Assembly: GCA_951406725.2 (NCBI GenBank)
Contig: OX597818.1
Location: 19,282,001-19,346,000, forward strand
Reading direction: 5' to 3'
Length of the DNA: 64,000 bases
Source of the DNA: Octopus vulgaris
Lineage: Eukaryota
The notes beneath the pieces were generated by a model, which searched no databases, was not told the DNA's origin, and was given only the letters and a program-made list of their open reading frames with translations. The position numbers and the translations under genes are program-made. Below, piece by piece: positions 53,324 through 64,000 of this stretch (its first letter is position 1; each line of letters opens with the position of its first letter).

Positions 53324-54587
53324 TTGGGTCATCCCATAAATAATGCGTTTTTTTTTAATTGCATGGGCTAAAAGTCGGAGGGGGACGGGATAAACTACCT
53401 GCATCAACTTGCTATAAAAGCAGGTAGTAATTTTACCTTGCGCTTATTCTTGGTGAAAGTTTTGAAGAGTGCATCTCGATTTTAACAGTTTATTTACTTA
53501 AAGCTATAATGGAAGTAACATAGGAGCATATTCGGCATATTTTGCTTTCTGAGTTTAATAAAGGCAACGACGCGACGGGAAGTGCAAGGAATATTAATGC
53601 AGTATATGGGGATCGGACAATAAGCGTAAGGTGGCTCCAGAAATTCCTAGCCGGAGACTGCAGCCTAGAAGACGAGCCTCGTCCTGGAAGATCTGTAGAG
53701 CTCGACGAGGACGTCCTGCAAAACCTGGTGGAACAAAATTCCATCGTAACTGTTGAGGAACTAGCAGAGAAGCTTGAATTTGGTCATTCAACCATTCATC
53801 AACACCTGTGTTCCCTCGGAAAAGTTAGCAAATTGCGTAATGACAGGTTCCTTACAAACTTTCCGAGTGTAATCGCTTGTAGAGAGTGAATGCGTGCTTT
53901 TCTTTGCTGTCACGTCTCACGAATGAATCTTTTTTTGGACCGAATAGTGACTGGTGACGAGAAGTGGGTTCTCCATAAAAATGTCAAACGTCGAAGACAG
54001 TGAATAGGGAAAAGAGAAACAGCAGTACCTCAGGCCAAAGAAGGTCACGTAAGGTGTTGTTATCTCTTTGGTGGCATATGAACAGTTTAGTCCACTTTGA
54101 ACTTTTAAACCCAAAACCAAACGATAACAAAGGAGATTTACTGCGAGTAACTTGAGCGGCTTAAGTCAGCGCTAGAATAAAAACGACCATCTTTGCTTTC
54201 AAGACGAAAGGTGTTCTTCCATCAGGATAATGCTTGGCCACATTACAGCGAGAATGACATTCGAAAGGCTGGAGCAGTTTGAATGGGAAACGACGCCCCA
54301 CCCACCGTATTCGTCGACACATTGCCCAATCTGGTTATCATTTATTCTGCAGTCTTCAAAATCTGGAAAATATGAATTCTGTAGACGAGGTCAGAACAGT
54401 AGTGAAGGAGTATTTTTCATCACAGACAAGTGAATTTTGGAAGCGGATCTTGCAAGTCTACCAGATAGATGGAAGAGCATTGTAGACAAGCGAAGGAGAG
54501 TATATTTTAGATTAAAAAAGAACTTTGTTTATCTTAACTTTGAAAAATAAAAGTACAAAACACCGCATTATTTATGGGATGACCCAA
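53324..54587 (+). mobile_element. Decayed mariner DNA transposon
   Basis: TIRs ttgggtcatcccataaataatgcg / cgcattatttatgggatgacccaa; HTH region SLEDEPRPGR, RIVTGDEKW, FHQDNA; multiple stops. Confidence 0.92.
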
Positions 54588-54929
54588 TATATGAGAGATA
54601 TAGATAATGGTCATTACATACTTTTATTTATTGCAGTAAAGAAATATGTGTGTGTGTGCATATATATGATTGGATTTGAGGGATATTTGACTGCTATTTC
54701 TGGGAGCTTCCCTAGCTACATCGTAAAAGCCATTGTTGTTGTTGATGCTGTAGACTTTGTTGTTGATGTTGGAATTATTGTTTATTCATACATCAGTGCC
54801 CCACTCCACGTGAGCTTTTATGATCAGACATTCCTACTGTGACAAAGACTGGAAGATATTTATTTAATTTTCGATGTTGTTGCATTTCTAACGTTCCACA
54901 GTCTTGCCGTCTGCTATCTAATCTTCTAT

Positions 54930-55160
54930 CTTTTACTTGATTCAGTCATTGAACTGCGCCCATGCTAGGGCACCTCATTGTAGTGTTTTAGTCGAATAAA
55001 TCTACAATAGTAATAGCGTGCGTTTTTTTTTTAAGACCAGCACCCATTTTACCGGTCATATTTATCGAACCGCTAAGTTACGAGGATGTAAATAAACCAG
55101 CACCAGTTGTCAAGCAGTGACGGTGGTGGTGGTGGTGGTGGTGGGTGAGAAACACCGACA
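54930..55160 (-). mobile_element. SINE family A 3' half, decayed
   Basis: cagtcattgaactgcgcccatgct...gaaccgctaagttacg...gttgtcaagc. Confidence 0.6.
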
Positions 55161-55467
55161 CGTAGACACATAGATAAACATGTGTGTGTGTAAGTGCGTG
55201 TGTCTGTATACATATATATTCCAGACTGGATACAGTACTTCGTTAAAACAGGACTGGATTCAGTTCCTTCCATGACCATGGCTGGGAAACTTTTTTTTTT
55301 TTTTTTTGCTTTGTTCTCTCCTTAACTTTTGGTCAACCAAGTGTGAGAAAGCCCATGGTCAAAAGCGTTCCAGTTAATGTTCTTTACTACACTGAATTAT
55401 ATTATTTCCTAGATGATGATATCTTCAACAAGTACTCATACAACCCATTCAGTTTCAGGATACTATC

Positions 55468-55872
55468 TACTGGCAGAACCGTTAGCACGCCGGGCAAAAT
55501 GCTTAGCAGTAATTCACCCATCCCTACGTTCTGAGTTTAAATTCGACTTTGCCTTTCATCCTTTCGAGATCGATGAAATAAGTACCAGTTAAGCACTGGG
55601 GTCGATATAATCGACTAGGTGCCCTCCCCCAAGATATTAGGCCTTGTACCTATAGTAGAAAGGATTGAATTGGCTGAATCGTTAGCACGCCGGACAAAAT
55701 GCTTAGCAGTATTTTGTCTGCCACTACGTTCTGAGTTCAGATTCCGCCGAGATCGATTTTACCTTTCATCCTTTCGGGGTCGATAAATTAAGTACTAGTG
55801 AAACACTGGGGTTGATGTAATCGACTAGTCCCCTCTCCCAAATTTCGGGCCTTGTGCCTATAGTAGAAAGGA
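55468..55872 (+). mobile_element. Two tandem SINE family B copies
   Basis: Copies at about 55468-55663 and 55668-55872, each ending tatagtagaaaggatt. Confidence 0.85.
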
Positions 55873-55886
55873 TTATTTTTGTTGTT

Positions 55887-55926
<40 letters not shown>

Positions 55927-57446
55927 GGTTACAAGTCTTTTCCTCGATGATTTAAAGATGTTTGGTGATACTGATAGTCAAGTTTTGTTGAACCTACTGA
56001 AGTCTTTCTATCGAGTCTTGTATTTTCTTTATCATTTATCGAACTACATGGTCTTTTATGTTCAGACACCATCCACATTGTTATCGTGATATGTCTAGCC
56101 ATGCCTGCTTCAACTTGCAGGGTTGTTACAAATATAATATCTCGAACATCTTTCTTTTCAAACGCCGATCTTTTTGGAATTAACTAACAGGCCTGAAATT
56201 TAAATATACCGTTTGTTCATCTTTTACAAATCTCATTATCTTTTTTTACTTATAAATAAATATGAGAAATTATCGATCTCACAATAGAAACTAGATACAG
56301 TTAACTCTGATGTAGTACTCTTGATATTACTGCCTTACTTTGTAGAGAGATGTAAGTGGAAAGCAAACAGAAACACTCCAATATCGCTGATCATTAAAAG
56401 CAAAATGCTACTCATATTAAGAAAATAACATTGCACCATATCCCCATTAATCATTAACAGCACGCAGTTAAACCCCAACAATCCTTCCAAATGTTGGGCC
56501 TTGTTATCAACAATGTTCTCTTCTTTTGAAAGCATATATTTGACATAGCTAGGACTGGATCCCAACAACTGGTTCTTCTCTTTAGGGCCAGAAAATACTT
56601 CACAGTCCCGACATTTATTGACACCCTTTAATACACAGATCGGTTCTCAATGGAGTTTTGCTCTAACATCTGCAACGTTGCTGTAACCTCTGAGCCACAG
56701 GTTGTACTATTTCCTCACTTGATCTTTTCTACCAATAATACTCGTACAGTGATTTGAAGTCATCGGAGTTAGCCTAGCTCATGTCCCTTCCACTCAAGCA
56801 TTTTTGTCCTACGTTTCACTCCTCCTCTCATTTCCCTATTATATTCACCCCTCTCCCAGGCTCCTCAATTATCACTGTACCTAGTCCTTCCTTCTCAAAA
56901 CGTCAGTCATATGGGACTTACTCCCTGCTCGTGTATCCCCTCATAAAGGTTCAAGAGTAACGTGAAGGGAACACCTTCGAGTATAACCCCTTCCTCTAGA
57001 CCCAGCAAGAAAGAAGAAACGAGGGCTTGAAATGTATGACTTAACCCCTCCCCCAAACAAAACTAGCAAGTATACAACTATGAAAATTATGTTTTATTCC
57101 ATAAATTACACCTATGACTGATAAATATATAGTACAGCAGTTGTAACCTTCAAATCTAGCGATCTTACTGTTAACAGTCAAGTTTCTCAAGGTTGATTTT
57201 AGTTTTTTCATAATTCTAAAAAGAGATATCAATGATATGTCAAGGTAGATTTTATAGCCTGCTCCCTATATCCTTACAAAAGTCTGGCATTGTTCCTAAT
57301 CAAAAGAAACCTTGTTATCAATGCAGGCGCCGCAGCTCTGTAGCATATTCTCGGTGAATCGAATCGAGCCTACGACCTAGTTTTCTTTCCCAACTGTAAC
57401 CGTTTCTTATCTTACATATATCGCTAGAGTAAAAACAAGAAAGAGA

Positions 57447-57519
<73 letters not shown>

Positions 57520-57829
57520 GAAGGTAGCATTCTGTCATTTCATTCTAAAAAAACCCACAAAACCTCTGGCTCAGAACCTATGAAAGCAACTATGACATGT
57601 TGCCAAGAAACATTCGAATTCAAACCATTCATGCATGCTTCCTAATTATTATTTTTTCTTTTATTATCAAATGTCTAACTATGCGAACCAGGAAATTTGG
57701 TTTACATTTCCACTCTTTGAACCCCACGACTAAAATTATATAATGCACTCTAAACAATCCACTATTCGAAATTAAAAAGATTTTTTAAAATGGAAGCCAA
57801 ATTACAATATGCGTTACTTCTAATTTGAT

Positions 57830-58800
57830 TATAGCGTACAAGAGGAACATTGTTGATAATTTCTGGTCCATAACTCGACTGAATACAGAGTTTAGATTTT
57901 GGCGGAAGTCTAGTAAAGAAGCTGGTACTTGTAATCAGTATTATGGTCAGGAAAATGCAGATCTGCATGGTTCCCCACAAATCTATGCGCAACAACCTCC
58001 ACCTCATGCAAATACTTCATAGTGAGAGTGATTAACAAACATGGTCTTGGTAGGATGCGGACTAATTTGCATCGATCGAAAGCTATCAGCACACCAGCGA
58101 TATTGATCTTGTTTTCAGCGGTTAGATCGCTTCAATGTCCAAAGATTCCTGCTCATTGGTCAGTCTAAGTTGCCACCAGCGGAACCGTTTTAACTCCCCT
58201 GTTCCACTGCCAAGGGTGTTTTCTCTCTTTAGTATGTTGTGAATCAAAGCTACTACTAAAGAAAGAAAAGTTAGGACACAGAAAAACCGTATTACCATAT
58301 GCAGATGAAGTCGCTATGATAGTAAGGAACACGATAGAAGATGAGCCATCGACACAATTCTAAAGGGTTAAGTTAACCCGGACAATTCTCTGGGCTTGCA
58401 GCTTGGCACCTGGAGAGGCAAATTCATGCACCCCGGCCGGTGTCGTCGGTCACTGGACCGAAGGACCAGTTAACTTCTTGGGTCTGGTTCGGTCCAGAAC
58501 TACGTATGGTTAGGAACTGAGACGAGCAGAGTGACCAGTCCTACTCAGAAATGAGTTGAGATAAACCTACCCTTGAAAGGTTAGGCAGAGGTGGAAAACC
58601 TGCACATTGGTTCCTTTATATATTACTGCCTAATGATCGTGCTTTGTCCCAGTTTTCGTCTGACCAGATTCACGTGTCTACACCTTCTTGTGGATGGCAC
58701 GATAGATAATGTATCTAGTGACATCACCGAGATTAATAGGACGTGATTTTTTTGATGCGTAGGCATGATTTGAGGGTGTGGCCTCCCTAGAGATTCCTTG
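57830..58800 (+). mobile_element. Decayed L1/Tx1-type LINE reverse-transcriptase fragment
   Basis: Frameshifted motifs DNFWSITRLNTE/ILAEV/QICMVPHKSMRNNL (compare NWRPITLLNTDYKILAK...QT..VPGRSI.DNL), NLHRSKA (LDQSKA), YADEV (YADDV), LPLKG*AEV (LSLKGRAEV). Confidence 0.65.
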
Positions 58801-58859
58801 ATGCCTAAAGTAGAAAGGATTATAATTATTGTTGTTGTTGCTATTACTATGAAGGAAGT

Positions 58860-59065
58860 CAGGTGGCAAAATCGTTAACAGGCTGGACAAAATACTCAGC
58901 GGCGTTTCGTCCGTCTTTACGTTTCTGAGTTCGAATTCCGCAGAGGTCGACTTTGTCTTTCATCTTTTCGGGGTCGTTAAAATAAGTGCCAGTTGAACAC
59001 TGTGATCGACGTAATCGACTAGCACCCCACCACCACTAAATTTTTTGCTCTTAGAACAGAAAGGC
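58860..59065 (+). mobile_element. SINE family B with (ATT)n tail
   Basis: Family consensus. Confidence 0.8.
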
Positions 59066-59113
<48 letters not shown>

Positions 59114-59510
59114 TTTGCTTTCCCTCTTATTTCCTATTTCTCACATTTGATTTGTATTCGCGTTTAATGAAGGAATTTGCATTAGCAACACTCTGGGCGT
59201 TCCTTCGTTAGGTGTCAGTTTCCAACTGAGAAATTCAAGGTTTTGCCTGGGTAACGAGTGTATCGGTTTACAACACATTTCCATCTCCAAGTCTCAAAAT
59301 CTGTGGACTCCGAACCCTTATTTAGCCGCCCACAGGTAATATTATCCCACATTTAAAGTTTTCACATGCATCGCCCTTGGGGCAATGATGTCAAGGCAAT
59401 CATTGCAGAGGAAAACAAGATCATCAGCATCGTCATCATCATCATCATCATCATCAAATCACGTACGTTTTTCCCTGCTTACGTATATGTGGTGTATTTA
59501 TGTGTGTATG

Positions 59511-59560
<50 letters not shown>

Positions 59561-59804
59561 TGAGTGAGTGAGTGAGTGAGAGAAAGACAGAGAAGAATAA
59601 AGAAAGAAAAGGAAGAAATAAAGGAAGAAAGTGAAAGAAAAAGAAAGTAAAAGAAAGAGAAAGTTAGAGAGAGAAAGAAATGAAGGAAGAAAGAAAGAAA
59701 GAAAAATGAATTTGAATTTATGTGTGTGTGTGAGAGAGAGAGAGAGAGTAAGTGAGTGAGTGAGAGAGAGAGAGAGAGAGAGAGAGAAGAATAAAGAAAG
59801 AAAA

Positions 59805-59845
<41 letters not shown>

Positions 59846-60105
59846 TAAAAGAAGGAGAAAGATAGAGAGAAAGAAAGGAAGGAAGAAAGAAAGAAAGAAA
59901 ATTGAATTTGAAAACGCACAGAGTCCTTAAAATCCTTAAATCCTTAAAAATGTTTTAGCCCGAAGGCCGCGGCCATGCTGGGGCACCACCGCTGTATAAG
60001 AAAACTTATTTATATCAATACACTTAACTGGTTTCACATTTGTCTAATTTTTCTAAAGACTAAGTTTTGAAGGACATGTGACGCTGCATATATATATATA
60101 AATAA

Positions 60106-60223
<118 letters not shown>

Positions 60224-60239
60224 TATATACATACATAAT

Positions 60240-60560
60240 ATGGCTGTGTGGTAAGTAGCTTGCTTACCAGCTACATGGTTCTGGGTTCCTTCCCACTGCG
60301 TGGCATCTTGGGCAAGTGTCTTCTGCTATAGCCTCGGGCCGACCACATATGTTTGTGTTTGTCCCCACAACATCGCTTGACAACCAATGCTGGTGTGTTT
60401 ACGTCCCCGTAACTTAGCGGTTCGGCAAAAGAGAACTATAGAATAAGTACTAGACTTACAAAGATTAAGTCCTGGGGTCGATTTGCTCGACTAAAGACGG
60501 TGCTCCAGCATGGCCACAGTCAAATGACTGAAACAAGTAAAAGAGTAAAGAGAGAGTAAA
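60240..60560 (+). mobile_element. SINE family A, internally deleted
   Basis: Family consensus head and tail. Confidence 0.8.
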
Positions 60561-60628
60561 GTGTATTTATATAGATACACACACATACACACACACACAC
60601 ATATATATATGCATGTATATATACTTAT

Positions 60629-60690
<62 letters not shown>

Positions 60691-61685
60691 GCATATATCT
60701 ATACAAATACTCACACACATATATGTCCAGATGTATGAATGTGTGTGTGTGTACGTGCTCGCGCGCACGCTCGTAAAACAAGATTTGGCCAAAATGACGC
60801 ACTGATTTCTCGTGGTGCAATGGAGTAGTGCTTGTAAATTCTGAAACTTTCAGTCTGTAGCTGTATAGATATCAGTGGAGCATATATACCTAAAAAGTCT
60901 ATATACCTAAAAATGTGTGTACGTTGACTTAATAATCACCGGCTTTAACTTATCAACAGAAACGTTGTGTTTCTGCCAAACTATATACTATTATTTACCT
61001 CTTGCGAATTTCCAGAAAAAATAGTTTGATATGAATAAGAAAGAATATAAGAAAGGAAACAAAAATGAAAAAAAAAAATTCCTAAGAATTCCCGAACTTT
61101 CAAAGCGATAATTCAAAGATGATGTTCTTACTTCGGGTATAGAATTTCATTTTAAACAGACCCCATACTTTCTTTTTCGTCTGATGATATTGTAGCAAGA
61201 ATGACAGAGGGGGAAGATTGCCTGTGGTGAACCAGCGAACCTTCGAGAAAGCCGGCAGGAAGCTACTATAGAGATATTGTAAAAGGGTATTACACACACA
61301 CACACGCGCGCACGCACGCAGCACATAAACACACACACACACGCATACACATATATGAGCAAATAAAAACAATCAGATAAAGCTATCTTCTTCAAGAATT
61401 TCACCAACATTCTCAGAGAAGATGGAATAATACTTCATTTATGAATGCCATTTCAGATATCAGGGGGGAAAATGGAACCTTTCACCATTCTTAAATATTC
61501 CCATTTAATATCACTGCGTTAAAATATGTTTCCTTGTATTTGCGACACGTTTCCATCTATCATCCAGGTATAAATGTCTTTGCTTCATAGATCAAGTAAC
61601 TAATTTAAGGAAAGTTATGATAGCTTTTATATGTATACGTGTGTGTTTGTATGTGGGTGCATACTTTTGTGTGGGTGTGTTTCTG

Positions 61686-61722
<37 letters not shown>

Positions 61723-62035
61723 GTCTGCGTTACTGTTATTCTCCTTGTCCTGTCTTTTACTGTTTATATTTTGTACTGTCGTTACTGTCCTGTTTTTGTT
61801 ACCATTTTTACCCCTCCGCAAAAAAAAAAATCAAATTTTATTTAATTTGCTTTTCGCGGGAAGGAATGTTTCAGTCGAAGTTGCGTCTCGCCTTCACCTT
61901 CGAAATGCAGAGTAGATGAAACCATGGCGACTGAAGAAGGGGAATTTTCCTTGTGTTATTTGTCCTGAACTCTATTTTTTCGTTGTTTAAGAAAAATGTC
62001 CAGTTCCTTGGTTTTGTGTTTATGTTTTCGTTTCT

Positions 62036-62146
62036 CATTGTGTTCGACGTTTTTTTTGGTGTCCTGTACCCATATATGCATGTATATATACATGTAGATG
62101 TAGGTACGTACATATATGTATGTATATATGCATATGTTTTATTTAT
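62036..62146. repeat. Unclassified interspersed repeat shared with about 47566-47677
   Basis: cattgtgttcgacgttttt...gtgtcctgtacc...catgtag...ggtacgtacatatatgtatgtatatatgcatatgttttatttatt at both loci. Confidence 0.7.
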
Positions 62147-62174
62147 TAATTTGTTATTACATATATATACATAT

Positions 62175-62248
<74 letters not shown>

Positions 62249-63146
62249 CCGCCATGATTGACCGCTAGCCCCAAAAGTTTTTTTTTATTCCCTCTATTTC
62301 CTCGTGTTCCTTTCTGTTGAAGAGCGTAAAAGTCGGAATAAATGCTGTTAAGTATTTTTTTCGGCGCGTTAACGATTCTGCCAGCTCGCTGTCAATGACT
62401 CTAAAATATTGCCAAAAGAGAAAAGGTAGTTAGGATATTTAAATGTGCTGGTCATCTTTGATTCAAGTTTCATGTGATCAGTGATTCCGAGCCATTTTGC
62501 TCGTATTTATGTATCGAACTGCTAAAGATATCCCAAGATTTTATTTAAAAAATAAAATTTTTTTTTCATTAGTGAACTCGTGGTGTTATTAATGAAGTGA
62601 AATATGTTTACCTTAATTATATGAATTGAAAATGATGGTAAAATGAATTTGAAAAAAATATATATTTGTTAATGGCGATTACAAATGTCGGGTTGACAGG
62701 AAATTGAGGTCATTTTAAAGATTCGCATCACTGCAAGGAATACTTCGTCTCGTTTCTTAATACCAGTCAATATTCTTTACTTCGTGTGTATTCAAGATTA
62801 GCCACAACATACACACGCGCGCGCGCACAACACATTCATACACATACAAATATATATAGCTTAATGACGAGCCATCTACGCACTAATATGTAAATTAAGC
62901 TATACACTACGGTAATAGCTTCCTTGTTTTCTGCCAACGACCGGGTTCGCTTTGCTGGTGGTCGAAATTGGATATGCAATCTATGTGGGTGTGTTTTCAG
63001 AACATTGTCTGCTTTAAAAAACCCACATCAAATACCATGAGGGTTCTAAGGTGTAGATACAGGGGGTGGTCAAACTCTGCATAAGGAGTAGACAACCACC
63101 ATGTAAAATATACATAATTGTTACATACAAATCTTTAGTAAACGAC

Positions 63147-63305
63147 TAGAAATCTAGGGGTAGTCGATTACATCGACTCAGAACTCGACTGATATTTATT
63201 TTAACGATCACAATAGGAACCAAAGACAAAGTCGACCTTGGCCGCCATTTGAACTCAGAATGGTAAAGATCCGGAAAAAAAGCCACTATGCATTTTAGCC
63301 GGCAC
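63147..63305 (-). mobile_element. SINE family B, decayed
   Basis: gtcgattacatcgac...aaagacaaagtcgacc...atttgaactcagaa. Confidence 0.65.
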
Positions 63306-63311
63306 GGTGAC

Positions 63312-63599
63312 CAGTGAATAGATTTCACTGTAAATATATATATATTTGAGAAGGCTAGACAGGCATCTCAACTAGCAGGTCGCACTATCCTGGACTGATG
63401 ACGGGTAAGACCCAGAAACATGAATGTTTTCAGGTGTGAATCCCAGCTGGTGGGGGTGCTTGCCTCCCCTTCGCAAATATAAGAACACAGGAAATCTGTC
63501 AAAGCCGACAGGAAGCGTCGATGCTTCCTAGGGCTAAACAGCGGTGGTGTAATTCCCTTACGGGACTGTCACGTTATGTTATGTTGACAGTATACAACC

Positions 63600-63600
<1 letters not shown>
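63312..63600 (+). mobile_element. Diverged copy of the 364-bp retrozyme/PLE-like unit
   Basis: Colinear with 3408-3698 from cagtgaatagaYttcactg to ttgacagtatacaacca. Confidence 0.75.
63389..63434 (+). ncRNA. Minimal type I hammerhead motif with canonical core
   Basis: cctgga-CTGATGA-c gggt aag accc a-GAAA-CAT GA ATG-TT^ttcagg. Confidence 0.75.
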
Positions 63601-63671
<71 letters not shown>

Positions 63672-63699
63672 TATCGTGGTCGATAAAATAATATATATT

Positions 63700-63780
<81 letters not shown>

Positions 63781-64000
63781 CATATATATACAGATATATA
63801 TGTATGTGTATATATATAATTGTGTTTTTGTACGTGTACATGTATGCTAAGTGTACACATACACACACACAACACGAAAGTATGTATGTGTATATGCCCA
63901 CTTGTGCATACTTACGACAAGTTAGCTATTAAAGGCTAGCATTTCTCTAATTTTGATGTGTCAGGAGTGAACGCGATTACGTGTTGGAGAGGAAAGTGGG

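Noticed and set aside
61865-61950. CTGAAGA and GAAA motifs suggesting a permuted hammerhead
   Set aside because: Stems I and III do not pair convincingly; the core is sequestered in a ttcagtcg/cgactgaa helix

Overview
Repeat-dominated, AT-rich eukaryotic DNA. The SINE families and very high (TA)n/(CA)n/(TACA)n/(GATA)n density look like an octopus (coleoid cephalopod) genome; this is recognition, not a database result. No intact host protein-coding gene is recognisable, and nearly all long ORFs in the track are microsatellite translations. Recognisable content: four decayed mariner elements, a maT-like relic, a Mutator/Phantom-like element with a nested LTR-like insert, three non-autonomous Helitrons, CR1 and L1/Tx1 LINE fragments, more than 20 tRNA-derived SINE copies in three families, and a 14-bp minisatellite. 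The main signal is a dense set of type I hammerhead-ribozyme (HHR) motifs: about 14 readable copies plus a few truncated ones, in several unrelated families, most of them next to (TA)n tracts. They show Penelope-like element (PLE) hallmarks: inverted or tandem termini, palindromic stem III, and one copy linked to a GIY-YIG endonuclease fragment. One family forms an ORF-less 364-bp tandem unit of retrozyme size, with compensatory base changes in a diverged copy 60 kb away. Ribozyme folds were read by eye, and activity is untested.
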